Shown: positions 1 to 13,416, numbered from the stretch's first letter. The stretch is DNA of 42,542 nucleotides from Candidatus Muiribacteriota bacterium (GCA_051747805.1 JBNJGP010000011.1:1-42542); one strand, 5' to 3'. The notes: a model not told the origin generated them from the letters alone. Numbers and translations: made by a program.

Positions 1-215
1 GAGGTGAGACGATAGAGGCCGATAGGAGCCGAGAAGAGCCGTGAGAAGTGAGAGGTGAGAGGTGAGACGATAGAGGCCGATAGGAGCCGAGAAGAGCCGT
101 GAGAAGTGAGAGGTGAGAGGTGAGACGATAGAGGCCGATAGGAGCCGAGAAGAGCCGTGAGAAGTGAGAGGTGAGAGGTGAGACGATAGAGGCCGATAGG
201 AGCCGAGAAGAGCCG
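1..215. repeat. Tandem array of a 58-bp unit (copies at 1-58, 59-116, 117-174, partial 175-215); probably continues left of the window
   Basis: Unit GAGGTGAGACGATAGAGGCCGATAGGAGCCGAGAAGAGCCGTGAGAAGTGAGAGGTGA repeated identically; built from four GTGAGAN 7-mers and three GA...GCC 10-mers; 33/58 GC, 45/58 purine. Confidence 0.97.
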
Positions 216-280
216 ACAAAAGCCGATAGAAGCGGTGACCGCAAAAGCAATTATAAATTAGAATAGAGATAGTTTTAGCT

Positions 281-305
281 GTCATCCCTGCGAAGGCAGG
301 GAACC
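281..305 (+). repeat. REP/dRS3-like palindromic element
   Basis: GTCATCCCTGCGAAGGCAGGGAACC: perfect 7-bp stem TCCCTGC/GCAGGGA with GAAG loop preceded by GTCA, resembling the Neisseria dRS3 / Rickettsia palindromic element pattern. Confidence 0.65.
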
Positions 306-569
306 ATACATAACCGGGGTGACATCAAAATCATGCAAATTATTCACAGAAACATTAAAGTTAAAATTTATTACGAAATAAAATAAAGCGAGTGGTCAGG
401 CCGACCTCTGTAAGCTTAAATTCAGGCTCGGCACAGACCCCCGTTCTGTTTCTAAACATTATTGATAATTTTTAAAGTTTTTCTGGTGACTGGCTAACAC
501 CTAGTGACGAATGAAGCAGTTGCTTTTGTTTTAGACTGCTGAATTTTAATTGTTAATATTAATAAAATA

Positions 570-578
570 TGATATAAT
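570..578 (+). promoter_or_regulatory. Extended -10 sigma70-type promoter candidate
   Basis: TGATATAAT about 120 bp upstream of the ORF at 697; AGGAG RBS just before 697. Confidence 0.45.
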
Positions 579-696
579 TTCAAACTGACAAATTTTTTTT
601 TTACCATTTTTTTTAAAATTTATTTTTATACCCGAATATAGCAAAAATTAGAAAAATTAATCAAACTATGGGTTATAATAAAAAAAGGAGAATAAT

Positions 697-2499
697 ATGA
701 AAAAATATGCGGTCTTATTATTTGTTTTTGTTATATTTGTATTGTCTTATTCTAACATCGCAAGAATAGACTATATTGAAAATGTATTAATAGAGGAAGA
801 ACTTCCTGTTAATTTTACCGAAGTTTATAATCGACGTTCGGCTGAGGACAGGGAATTTCTCCAGAATAAGCTGCGGGAAAGTTTTTTAGAAGCGTTCCCG
901 GCTGATTTTAAAGAAAATTACTCAGAATATATTGAGGCTGAAAAAGACCCTGAATTTAAGGAGTATTTAAGAGATATTGGTCATTTTATGAACGAAAGAA
1001 ATACCCGAAGTGTAATGAATTTTTTAAGTGGTTTAACAGGCAAAAAAATTGTGCGTCTCAATCCCTCGTGGTTCAGATATTACCACAGAGTCATATCCTG
1101 GTTTAGAAATACTCCGAGAGAAAAAATTTTAAGGTCTCCCGGATATACAAAAAATGATTTCCGCCCGGCGCGCAGGTTCTCTTTTTTGCAGCCTGGTGAT
1201 ATACCACCGGTTACCAACCTTCCAGAAAGTAGTTTTGATGATGTTTACAAGTCTGATGGAAGAGAATTCGGAAACCTTACTATTGTTGCAGATTTGCCTG
1301 ATAATACAATAATTAATTCCCAGAGACTTTCAAATTTGCTTAATCAACTTTCTAATTATGAATCTATATCAAATATGTACGCACCAGTTGATTTTACCTG
1401 GAATAATAAAACATATAAAATAGAATCCAAATCAGATTTTTTAAAAACAATATTAGAAATTCCAGAACTTCAGATAGAGGTTTATGAAGCTAGAATGTCA
1501 ACCAGCTTTTTAGGCCTGAATATAAGAGAAGGTGAAAGATACCGCCCCGTTGAGCTTCCACAGTATATAAGAACCGAGCTTAATGGAGAAAGAGTTTATA
1601 TTCCTGCAGTTCATTCGGAATTTATTCTTTCCGTTTACTTAAAAGACTATGAAGAGCCACTTGCAATGACTAAGTGGTATTTTGGCGAAGGGATAGAATG
1701 GCAGCCTGTTATTTATAGTAGAGATGCCTGGTGTGGTTTTAAAATCACTTCAGTATATAATCAGTCTGAACAGCTTTTTAAGTTTATGGAAGGTTCAAAT
1801 CTTCTCATGAGAGTTTTTAATTATATGCTTTCAGAATATAGACTGCCTGGAAATGGTTATGGTATTTTATCTGTATGTAATGATTCTGTATCACTTTTAC
1901 GTGCTGTTATGGGAGAAAATCCTGATACAGGACCGTTTCCTAATTTAAGAGCAATTGGTTATGATAATATTTATGGAAATATTTTATCTTATTTAGGTGG
2001 CAATCTTGAATTAACGGGAAAAAATAAACTAAATGTTATTTCTGACGCGTATTCAAGCGACTACCGTCGGGAAATTAGACGAGGCGGTGTAGAAAGAGCC
2101 AGGTTGAATTTTCCCTTCAGAGGGGTTGAAAACATTAGCGGGACAACATATATGGATTTATTTGATGAGTTAAGCTCAATTGTTCCTGATTTTCCTGATT
2201 TAATTAATAATTGCACTGTTGATTATACTCCTTTAGAATATGAAAAAGAAGTTGAAAAACAACCTCAATCCGAAAAAGATTATGAATCTTTTAGAAGGCT
2301 TGCCTATATTACTGCTGAAAGTGTTTTTATAAGAAAGGCACCAGGCCATAGAGAGGAAATTATTGGAACTATTAATAAAAACACTTCTGTTGATTTTCTT
2401 CAAAATAAAGGAGCAGGCTGGGCACAGGTTGAAGTTTTAGAAGGGGAGTTTAAGGGGACTGTTGCATATATGCCAGGATGGCTTCTTAACCTTGAGTAA
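697..2499 (+). CDS. Secreted hypothetical protein with C-terminal SH3b-like domain
   Basis: N-terminal signal peptide MKKYAVLLFVFV...; C-terminal VFIRKAPG...IIGTI...GWAQV...AYM SH3b pattern; central region unrecognised. Confidence 0.7.
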   Translation: MKKYAVLLFVFVIFVLSYSNIARIDYIENVLIEEELPVNFTEVYNRRSAEDREFLQNKLRESFLEAFPADFKENYSEYIEAEKDPEFKEYLRDIGHFMNERNTRSVMNFLSGLTGKKIVRLNPSWFRYYHRVISWFRNTPREKILRSPGYTKNDFRPARRFSFLQPGDIPPVTNLPESSFDDVYKSDGREFGNLTIVADLPDNTIINSQRLSNLLNQLSNYESISNMYAPVDFTWNNKTYKIESKSDFLKTILEIPELQIEVYEARMSTSFLGLNIREGERYRPVELPQYIRTELNGERVYIPAVHSEFILSVYLKDYEEPLAMTKWYFGEGIEWQPVIYSRDAWCGFKITSVYNQSEQLFKFMEGSNLLMRVFNYMLSEYRLPGNGYGILSVCNDSVSLLRAVMGENPDTGPFPNLRAIGYDNIYGNILSYLGGNLELTGKNKLNVISDAYSSDYRREIRRGGVERARLNFPFRGVENISGTTYMDLFDELSSIVPDFPDLINNCTVDYTPLEYEKEVEKQPQSEKDYESFRRLAYITAESVFIRKAPGHREEIIGTINKNTSVDFLQNKGAGWAQVEVLEGEFKGTVAYMPGWLLNLE

Positions 2500-2532
2500 A
2501 TAATAATTTTTTAATTGAAAGGATGAGTAATA

Positions 2533-2904
2533 ATGCTTATAAAAAAAGAACACGATATCAAATGCCCTAACTGTGGTACAATAATGAGTAAAGAGCTTTA
2601 TAATATAGCTGATGTGAGGATTACACCAGAAGTTAAAGATGAAATATTTAACGGGAAATTTAATGTGGTGATGTGTACAAAATGTAAAACTGAATTTTAC
2701 TGCGAAGTACCTTTTGTTTATCAGGACCTGGAAAAAAACCTTTTTGTAACTGTTTTTCCCCAGGCTTATAAGTCTAAAGAGGCACAGCTTAAAAAAACAG
2801 CTCATAACGTTCAAAAGCAGACAGATTTAAAAAATGATTTAAAGAAGATGACTTTTTTTGGAATTGTATCTTTTTTTGAGTTTTTAAAACAGCTGGAAAA
2901 ATAA
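2533..2904 (+). CDS. CpXC domain zinc-ribbon protein
   Basis: CPNC...CTKC pairs followed by PFVYQD, typical of the CpXC family. Confidence 0.8.
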   Translation: MLIKKEHDIKCPNCGTIMSKELYNIADVRITPEVKDEIFNGKFNVVMCTKCKTEFYCEVPFVYQDLEKNLFVTVFPQAYKSKEAQLKKTAHNVQKQTDLKNDLKKMTFFGIVSFFEFLKQLEK

Positions 2905-2944
2905 CTGTAATAAACTTTTGGACTAAAAAAGAAAGGAGTATAAA

Positions 2945-4312
2945 ATGAAAATTAAAGAAGTAATTCATTCAGACGGAAAAAGAGAACCTTTTGATGTGAA
3001 AATCACAGAAAAAGTATTATGGAATGTTATAAAACAAATACGTGGTTTCAACCGTCAGAAATTTGAACAGGATGTTATGAAACATATAATTGAAAAATAT
3101 GAGACCTTCCCTTTTAAAGAAATCACAACACGTCAGATAAATGAGCTTATAATTGAATCACTTGAAAGAGGAAAACATGACTCAACTTTAGAGGCCTATC
3201 TTGTTTTTACCGCCCAGAAAGCCTTAATTCACAGTAGAAGATTAACTGCATGGGCAAATTTTGGAGTTCCATATCCTGTGATTTTTGATACTGCTGTTAT
3301 TTGCGGATTAAATAACTGTCTCACTTTAAAACAGCTTGAAAATATTGGAAAAGATAAAAATAAAATTAAAGAGTTGATGTCAACCTTTGAAAGACAGTAT
3401 AAAATGCAGATTTCTATTGGTGCACATAAAGTTGCTGAAAAAGTTAAAGAAGGAGCACGTGTTATTATAGTAGCAGGTCCTTCTTCCTCAAATAAAACCT
3501 CAACAACATTATGGATTAGAAAGCTATTAAGGGAAGAACATGGTGTTGATTTAAATATATATCCTCTTCATGTAGATGATTATTTTAAAAATAAATCTGA
3601 ATTTCCAATAGATCAGTTTGGAGACCCAGATTATGAATCTCCCGATGCTTTGAAAATTGATTTAATTGATAAACATATAAATGATTTAATAAATGGTAAA
3701 GAAATAGAAAAACCTCTATATGATTTTGGAACTTCTACATCAACTGGAACCGAAAAAGTTTCAATTCCTGATGATTCAATTATTTTAATTGACTGTCTGC
3801 ATGGTTTAACACCTGATATCACAAAATCCACACCTGAAGAAAAGAAAATTAAAGTATATATTGAATGCATGCCTATTTTACTTATGGATGATAAATTTAA
3901 TTCTCCATACGAGTTTAGAAATCTATTTTCCCGCTGGACTGACTGGAGGATTATGAGACGTTCGGTGCGTGATGACCAATCAAGGGGAACAAATCCTTAT
4001 CAGACTTTTGGGCACTGGCATTATGTAAGAAAATGGGAATTACGCTCTTTGATTCCGTATTTAATAGACGTGGATATTACAATTAACTCATATAATCCTG
4101 TAGAAATTTTTTATTTCAGAAACTATTTGTGGCATCATCTTGATGAAATTATTACCGGTCTTGAAAAAGAAGGAAGACATGATGGAGTATTAAGGGCAAA
4201 GAGGGTTAAAAAAATGCTTGAAAATATTCCAGAATTCAGTGATAAATCTATTATTCCTGAAGATAGTCCTATGCTGGAATTTATTGATCCGACGAAACAG
4301 CATATTTTATAA
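2945..4312 (+). CDS. ATP-cone domain + uridine kinase/phosphoribulokinase-like P-loop protein
   Basis: N-terminal VIHSDGKREPFD ATP-cone motif; AGPSSSNKTS P-loop; DDYF, DYESPDAL, P.YDF, RIMRRSVRD uridine-kinase-family motifs. Confidence 0.8.
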   Translation: MKIKEVIHSDGKREPFDVKITEKVLWNVIKQIRGFNRQKFEQDVMKHIIEKYETFPFKEITTRQINELIIESLERGKHDSTLEAYLVFTAQKALIHSRRLTAWANFGVPYPVIFDTAVICGLNNCLTLKQLENIGKDKNKIKELMSTFERQYKMQISIGAHKVAEKVKEGARVIIVAGPSSSNKTSTTLWIRKLLREEHGVDLNIYPLHVDDYFKNKSEFPIDQFGDPDYESPDALKIDLIDKHINDLINGKEIEKPLYDFGTSTSTGTEKVSIPDDSIILIDCLHGLTPDITKSTPEEKKIKVYIECMPILLMDDKFNSPYEFRNLFSRWTDWRIMRRSVRDDQSRGTNPYQTFGHWHYVRKWELRSLIPYLIDVDITINSYNPVEIFYFRNYLWHHLDEIITGLEKEGRHDGVLRAKRVKKMLENIPEFSDKSIIPEDSPMLEFIDPTKQHIL

Positions 4313-4324
4313 CAATACGATTTT

Positions 4325-5377
4325 ATGAAAATATTAAATATAAATAAATTAAAATTACTTTCAAATGCTTATAAAAAGAATAATTTAAGCCATGCATACT
4401 TGTTTTCAGGGGATATTTATGGTGGACAGAAAATACTTGCCTATAATTTTGCTGCATATTTATTATGCAGTGCATCTGATAAAACGGTTCAGGGTAAACC
4501 CTGTAATAAATGTCAGATGTGTAAACTTATATTAGAAAATAGCCATCCTGATTTGCACGTTTTTAAACCAGATAAAGATAAAACAGTTATTCCTGTAGAC
4601 CAGATAAGAAAAATGATTAATCAGTCTCAGAAAAAACCCTATTATGAAGGCAAAAGTGTTTTTGTTGTTGAGGACATTGATTTAATGAATGTTGCGGGGC
4701 ATAATTCCTTGCTTAAAACACTAGAGGAGCCTTCGCCTAATTCAATTTTTTTATTAACTACTTCAAAAAAGAACTCCCTGCTTGATACAATTTTATCGAG
4801 AGTAACAAATATTCAGATACCACCAGTGAAACTGAATGAGTTATCTACTGAATTTTCGGATTTATGGTCCAATGAAGAGTTTAAAAAAGTTGCCTTAAAA
4901 TGTTTATATCTTCCCGAAGTTATAATGTGTGCTTATAATGCCGAAAAAAGCGGAGAATTAGAAAAATTATACAATCTTGAAGGCAATAATAGAGAATCCC
5001 TTTACCTTTATTTTTCAAAACTTTTAAAAAAGAAAAATCTTAAATCAAAACTTTATATAAGAACTGTATTAGTATTTTTATATCTAGATTTTTTATTTGA
5101 CAGAGAAAATAAAATTATTCAAAAAATTTCGGCTCTTAATGATTTAAATATGTTTTATGTTAAATTTAAAACAAAAAAAAATGATGCAACAATATTATTT
5201 TCGCTAATTTATAAATATTTTAATGCAAAGTTGAGAAATAATAAAGATTACAATATAATTGACAGGATTTTTAAATTTATTGATAAACTCCAGCCTTTTG
5301 AAAATTATTATCAGAAGGGAGATGTTTTTGAGATTTTAAACTGCGTTATATGCGAAATGGAGGAAAAAGTTAAATGA
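4325..5377 (+). CDS. holB: DNA polymerase III subunit delta'
   Basis: HAYLFSG, C...PCNKCQMC zinc module, HPD, NSLLKTLEEP, TILSR; upstream of a PSP1/ricT gene. Confidence 0.9.
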   Translation: MKILNINKLKLLSNAYKKNNLSHAYLFSGDIYGGQKILAYNFAAYLLCSASDKTVQGKPCNKCQMCKLILENSHPDLHVFKPDKDKTVIPVDQIRKMINQSQKKPYYEGKSVFVVEDIDLMNVAGHNSLLKTLEEPSPNSIFLLTTSKKNSLLDTILSRVTNIQIPPVKLNELSTEFSDLWSNEEFKKVALKCLYLPEVIMCAYNAEKSGELEKLYNLEGNNRESLYLYFSKLLKKKNLKSKLYIRTVLVFLYLDFLFDRENKIIQKISALNDLNMFYVKFKTKKNDATILFSLIYKYFNAKLRNNKDYNIIDRIFKFIDKLQPFENYYQKGDVFEILNCVICEMEEKVK

Positions 5378-6249
5378 ATAATTGTACTGACTGCAAAAGA
5401 GAATATAATGAAAATATAGCCCTGAAAATAAGAAATGCTCCGGAGGTTGTAGTTTTAAAAAATGAAAAAAAATTAAAACCGGGGGATAGAGTTGTTGCCA
5501 TCACAGAAAGAGGAGAAGAGCTTGCCACTGTTTTACACAGTTGTAAATCAAATCCGAGTGAAACAGGAAAAGATTCCTTTTTTCAAAAAATAAAACGGAA
5601 GGCAGAAGAAACGGATTTAAATAATTATAAAGAAAACCTTAAAAAAGAAAAAAAAGCTCTAAAAATTTTCAGAGAGAAAGTACAAAAACATGAGCTGCCA
5701 ATGAAAATTATTGAAGTTTATTATATGCTGGATAATTCAAAAATAATGTTTTATTATTATGCAGAAAACAAGGTTGATTTCAGAAAACTTGTAAGAGAGC
5801 TTGCGGGAATATATAAAACAAGAATTGAGATGAGACAGGTGGGAATAAGAGATGAGGCTAAGATGCGCGGGGGACTTGGACCATGTGGATTGATTACGTG
5901 TTGTCATAAATTTCTTTATGATTTTGAATCAATTTCTATGAAAATGGCAAAAGACCAGGAAATTCTGCTTAATCCCTCAAAAATTTCCGGTATTTGTGGA
6001 AGGTTAATGTGCTGCCTTAAATATGAACAGAATTTTTATACTGAAACAAAAGGAGATATTGCCCCAGTTGGTTCAATTATAAAAATTGAAGAAAAAACCG
6101 GGAAAATATCCACAATTAACGCTTTAAAAAACACTGTTTATGTGGAGTTTGAAGATGAAAAGTTTCAGGATTATCCCATAGATGTTTTTAGAGAAAAGGC
6201 CGAAGTTTTAAAAATAAGTATTAAAGATGATAATAAAAATGGAAAATGA
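5374..6249 (+). CDS. ricT: PSP1/RicT (YaaT) Fe-S regulatory protein
   Basis: VDFRKLVRELA, RIEMRQVGIRDEAK, GPCG...CC, KISGICGRLMCCLKYE. Confidence 0.92.
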   Translation: MNNCTDCKREYNENIALKIRNAPEVVVLKNEKKLKPGDRVVAITERGEELATVLHSCKSNPSETGKDSFFQKIKRKAEETDLNNYKENLKKEKKALKIFREKVQKHELPMKIIEVYYMLDNSKIMFYYYAENKVDFRKLVRELAGIYKTRIEMRQVGIRDEAKMRGGLGPCGLITCCHKFLYDFESISMKMAKDQEILLNPSKISGICGRLMCCLKYEQNFYTETKGDIAPVGSIIKIEEKTGKISTINALKNTVYVEFEDEKFQDYPIDVFREKAEVLKISIKDDNKNGK

Positions 6250-6273
6250 AATTAGATTTAACAGGAGGTTTTT

Positions 6274-7071
6274 GTGAAAAAAATCGGTCTTATAGCGGGG
6301 AACGGCCGATTTCCTATTTTAATTTCAAAAGAAATTAAAAAACAGGGATTTGAGCTTGTTGTTGCCGCAATTAAAAATGAGGCCCTCAAAGAAATCCAAA
6401 GTGAAACAGATGTTTTAAAATGGATTTCTCTGGGAAGTCTGCAGAAGTTGATTGATTTTTTTATAAATCAGAACGTAGAAGATATTATTATGGTTGGCAA
6501 AGTTACAAAATCTTCTATGTACTTCGGTCTTGAAATAGATGAAAAATTCCAAAACTGTTTAAATGAATTAAAGACAAAAAATGATATGGCAATTTTAGAG
6601 AGACTTGAAGAGGAGTTTAAAAAAAGTGGAATACATTTAATAAATCCTAAAAACTTTTTAGGAAATTTTTTCTCCTCCAAAGGAGTGCTTACTCAGAGAA
6701 AACCCGTAGAAAATGAAAATAAAGATATAGAATATGGAATGAAAATGGCAAAAGAAGTTGCAAATCTTGATATTGGTCAGACGGTTGTTGTTAAAGAACA
6801 AGTTGTGCTTGCAGTTGAAGGAGTAGAAGGCACCGACAGAGTAATAGAAAGAGGAGGCAGGCTGGGCAATGGTCAAGTGGTTGTTGCTAAAGCATCTCGG
6901 TCCAGCCAGGATTTAAGATTTGATATTCCCGCAGTTGGTTTAGACACCATTAAGGTTATGATTGATAATGATGCTCATATTCTTGCAGTTGATGAATCAA
7001 CAATCCTTCTTCAAAAGGTCGAATTAATTGAATTTGCCAATAAAAATAATATATGTATTGTGGTGATATAA
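6274..7071 (+). CDS. lpxI: UDP-2,3-diacylglucosamine diphosphatase LpxI
   Basis: GLIAGNGRFP, DIGQTVVV, AVEGVEGTD, QDLRFDIPAVG; GTG start with AGGAGG RBS; adjacent to lpxB. Confidence 0.92.
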   Translation: MKKIGLIAGNGRFPILISKEIKKQGFELVVAAIKNEALKEIQSETDVLKWISLGSLQKLIDFFINQNVEDIIMVGKVTKSSMYFGLEIDEKFQNCLNELKTKNDMAILERLEEEFKKSGIHLINPKNFLGNFFSSKGVLTQRKPVENENKDIEYGMKMAKEVANLDIGQTVVVKEQVVLAVEGVEGTDRVIERGGRLGNGQVVVAKASRSSQDLRFDIPAVGLDTIKVMIDNDAHILAVDESTILLQKVELIEFANKNNICIVVI

Positions 7072-7075
7072 TTTT

Positions 7076-8194
7076 ATGAAAAGAATTTTTTTTTCAACTG
7101 GCGAAATATCCGGTGACCTCCATGCAGGTCATATAATTAGAGTTATTAAAAAAAATTTCCCTGATGTCGTTATAGATGGTATTGGCGGAAAAAAGATGGC
7201 CGAAAACAATGTAAATCTTCTAGAAAATATTATTAAACTTGGAGATATGGGTTTTTTTGAAATATTAAAAAATATTTTCAAATACAAAAATCTGCTTCAA
7301 AAAGTTAAAGAGTATCTTATTGAGAATAAACCTGATAAAGTTATTTTAGTAGATTTTGCAGGAATGAATTTTAGAATTGGCAGAATAGCAAAAGATTTAG
7401 GTATTGAAGTAATATATTATATTCCACCTAAAGTTTGGGCATGGAAAAAAAACAGATTAAAAGAAATGAAAAAGATATGTGATAAAGTTATATGTCTTTT
7501 TGATTTTGAAAAAGAAATTTTTGAAAAACATGGTTTTGATAAAGTTTATTATTTTGGCAATCCCCTTGTTGAGTTTGTAAAACCTCAGAAAAATCAGACA
7601 GATTTTTTAGCCGGGCACTCTGATATTAATAAAGAAGATAAAATTATTCTGCTTATGCCCGGGTCAAGAAACCAGGAAATAAATAAAAATTTACCAGAAA
7701 TTTTAAAAACTGCTTCAATTCTTCACAAAAAAGATAAATCTTTAAAATTTGTTTTGTTAAAACCGGTTGATGTTTATATTGATATAAATATAAATAAACT
7801 GGAATTTCCTCTTATTATTAAAGATAAGGATCTTTATTCTTTTTTTAAATTTGCCTTTTTCGGGATAGTGTCTTCCGGTACAGCAACTCTTGAGGCAGCT
7901 ATATCAAATTTGCCTATTGCAGTTGTTTATAAAGTGAATTTTTTAACTTATCATCTTGCCAGAATGATTATTAATATTGATTACGTAAGTCTTCCAAATA
8001 TTATTGCAGGATATCAGGTGGTTCCCGAATTTATTCAAAATGATTTTAAGGCTCCTTTACTGGCCGATTATATTTTAGAAAATATACAGTCAGAAGAGAA
8101 ATATCTAAAAATAAAAAAAGAACTTTCGAAAACTGTTGATAAACTTTACAGAGAAAAAATAACTGATAATATAGCAGAAGAAATTATGAGGTAG
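7076..8194 (+). CDS. lpxB: Lipid-A-disaccharide synthase
   Basis: GEISGDLHA, PPKVWAW, GNPL, MPGSRNQEI, SGTATLE, SLPNII. Confidence 0.95.
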   Translation: MKRIFFSTGEISGDLHAGHIIRVIKKNFPDVVIDGIGGKKMAENNVNLLENIIKLGDMGFFEILKNIFKYKNLLQKVKEYLIENKPDKVILVDFAGMNFRIGRIAKDLGIEVIYYIPPKVWAWKKNRLKEMKKICDKVICLFDFEKEIFEKHGFDKVYYFGNPLVEFVKPQKNQTDFLAGHSDINKEDKIILLMPGSRNQEINKNLPEILKTASILHKKDKSLKFVLLKPVDVYIDININKLEFPLIIKDKDLYSFFKFAFFGIVSSGTATLEAAISNLPIAVVYKVNFLTYHLARMIINIDYVSLPNIIAGYQVVPEFIQNDFKAPLLADYILENIQSEEKYLKIKKELSKTVDKLYREKITDNIAEEIMR

Positions 8195-8203
8195 TATTAA
8201 AAT

Positions 8204-9949
8204 ATGGAAAAAGATAAAGCAGGAAAAAAGCTATTAAATTATTTGCTTAATTATAAATTTTTTATTTTTTTATCTATGCTTGCGTCTGTTGTTGTTGCCG
8301 CGGCTACCGCAGCTCCCGCTTATATTGTTGAGCAGCTTTTAAACAGGGTTTTACTGGAAAAAAATGAATTCATGCTTCTTGTCATTTCAATTGGAATGCC
8401 CTTGTTGCTTCTAATTAAAGGAATTTTTTTCTTTTTGCAGAAATATTTAATGGCCTATATTGGACAGAAGCTTATAATGAATATAAGATTTGATGTTTTC
8501 TCGCATCTTCAGAAGGTTTCACTTTCTTTTTTTTTAAAAAAAAGTACTGGTCAGATTATATCCCGGCTTACAAATGATGTAAACGTTATACAGTCAATGA
8601 TTAACGGCTCCATGAATATTATTGTTGATTTTATAACAGTTTTAATTCTTTTTTCATATCTTTTTTATCTGCACTGGAAACTTACACTGCTTGTTTTTAT
8701 TGTACTTCCTTTTATTGGAAGTATTGTTGCAAAATTTTCAAAAAAAATACGTAATGCTGGTCATAAAATACAGACTAAAATTGCGGACGTTACCTCGATT
8801 CTTCATGAGGCAATTTCTGGAGTGCAGATAACCAGGGCTTTTACAATGGAAGATGAGGAAATTAAAAGATTTGATTCAAAAAATAAAGAAAGTATGAAAG
8901 CTCATTTAAAGGGAGAAAAACTAAAAAACACGATTCTTCCTATTGTAGAATTTATGAATACTGTTGGAATTGCAATAGTAACTTATTATGGCGGACTTAT
9001 TGTTATTCGGGGGGAACTGAGTATTGGTGAGTTAATTGGTTTTCTTGCCGCATGTGGAATGACTTTCAGTCCCATAAAAAAACTTACTAACGTCAACTCA
9101 GTTTTTCAACAATGTATTGCGGCTGCAGAAAGAATTTTTGAGCTGATGGAAGAGGAAGTAGAACAGGTTCCTGGAAGTAAAAAAATTCAGATTGAAAAAG
9201 TTGACGGTAAGGTTGAATTTGATAATGTAACTTTTTCCTATGATAATAAGGTAGATGTTATTAAGAATTTTTCACTAAAAGTAAAACCCGGCGAAATTGT
9301 TGCTATGGTTGGACCTTCCGGCGCTGGAAAAAGCACTGTTGTAAGTTTAATACCCAGGTTTTATGTTGTTAACAACGGAAAAATCAAAATAGATGATTAT
9401 AATATTAATGATTTAGACCTTGTTACTTTAAGGAAATTCATAGCTGTTGTTCCTCAGGATACAATTCTGTTCAGCGGAACAATTGGTGAGAATATTGCCT
9501 ATGGAAATCCCGAGGCCAGTAGCGATGAAATTATAAATGCGGCAAAAATGGCTAATGCAGATAAATTTATAAGAAACTTTAAAATGGGTTATGAAACTTT
9601 TGTAGGAGAGCGCGGGGCAATGCTTTCTGGAGGACAGAGACAGAGAATTGCAATTGCAAGAGCATTATTAAGAGATGCAAAAATATTAATACTTGATGAG
9701 GCAACCAGTGCACTTGATTCTGAATCTGAGTCGCTTGTGCAGGAGGCTCTTGAAAAACTTATGAAAAATAGAACAACTTTTGTTATTGCGCATAGACTTT
9801 CGACTATCAGAAAGGCAGATAAAATTTGTGTAATAGATAATGGAGAGATTGTTCAGGCAGGTACTCATGATGAGCTTTTAAAAAAAGGTGGCGAGTACCG
9901 TCAGATTTATAACGCACAGTTTTATTTTCTTGAAGAAGAAAATGACTAA
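8204..9949 (+). CDS. msbA: Lipid A export ABC transporter (fused permease/ATPase)
   Basis: N-terminal TM domain, GPSGAGKS Walker A, LSGGQRQR signature, ILDEATSALD; follows lpxB. Confidence 0.85.
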   Translation: MEKDKAGKKLLNYLLNYKFFIFLSMLASVVVAAATAAPAYIVEQLLNRVLLEKNEFMLLVISIGMPLLLLIKGIFFFLQKYLMAYIGQKLIMNIRFDVFSHLQKVSLSFFLKKSTGQIISRLTNDVNVIQSMINGSMNIIVDFITVLILFSYLFYLHWKLTLLVFIVLPFIGSIVAKFSKKIRNAGHKIQTKIADVTSILHEAISGVQITRAFTMEDEEIKRFDSKNKESMKAHLKGEKLKNTILPIVEFMNTVGIAIVTYYGGLIVIRGELSIGELIGFLAACGMTFSPIKKLTNVNSVFQQCIAAAERIFELMEEEVEQVPGSKKIQIEKVDGKVEFDNVTFSYDNKVDVIKNFSLKVKPGEIVAMVGPSGAGKSTVVSLIPRFYVVNNGKIKIDDYNINDLDLVTLRKFIAVVPQDTILFSGTIGENIAYGNPEASSDEIINAAKMANADKFIRNFKMGYETFVGERGAMLSGGQRQRIAIARALLRDAKILILDEATSALDSESESLVQEALEKLMKNRTTFVIAHRLSTIRKADKICVIDNGEIVQAGTHDELLKKGGEYRQIYNAQFYFLEEEND

Positions 9950-10001
9950 TTAAAAAAAATATGTTATATAGATATTTAAGTAATATTGAATAGAGGTTGA
10001 A

Positions 10002-13412
<3,411 letters not shown>

Positions 13413-13416
<4 letters not shown>

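Noticed and set aside
1..215. CRISPR array
   Set aside because: Units are identical end to end with no unique spacers, and there are no cas genes in the window.
1..250. Minus-strand ORF through the tandem array (no stops in any minus frame)
   Set aside because: Explained by the purine skew; period 58 is not a multiple of 3 and there is no convincing start or RBS.
4325..5377. Degenerate Walker A in HolB as a novelty
   Set aside because: Delta' is normally ATPase-inactive.
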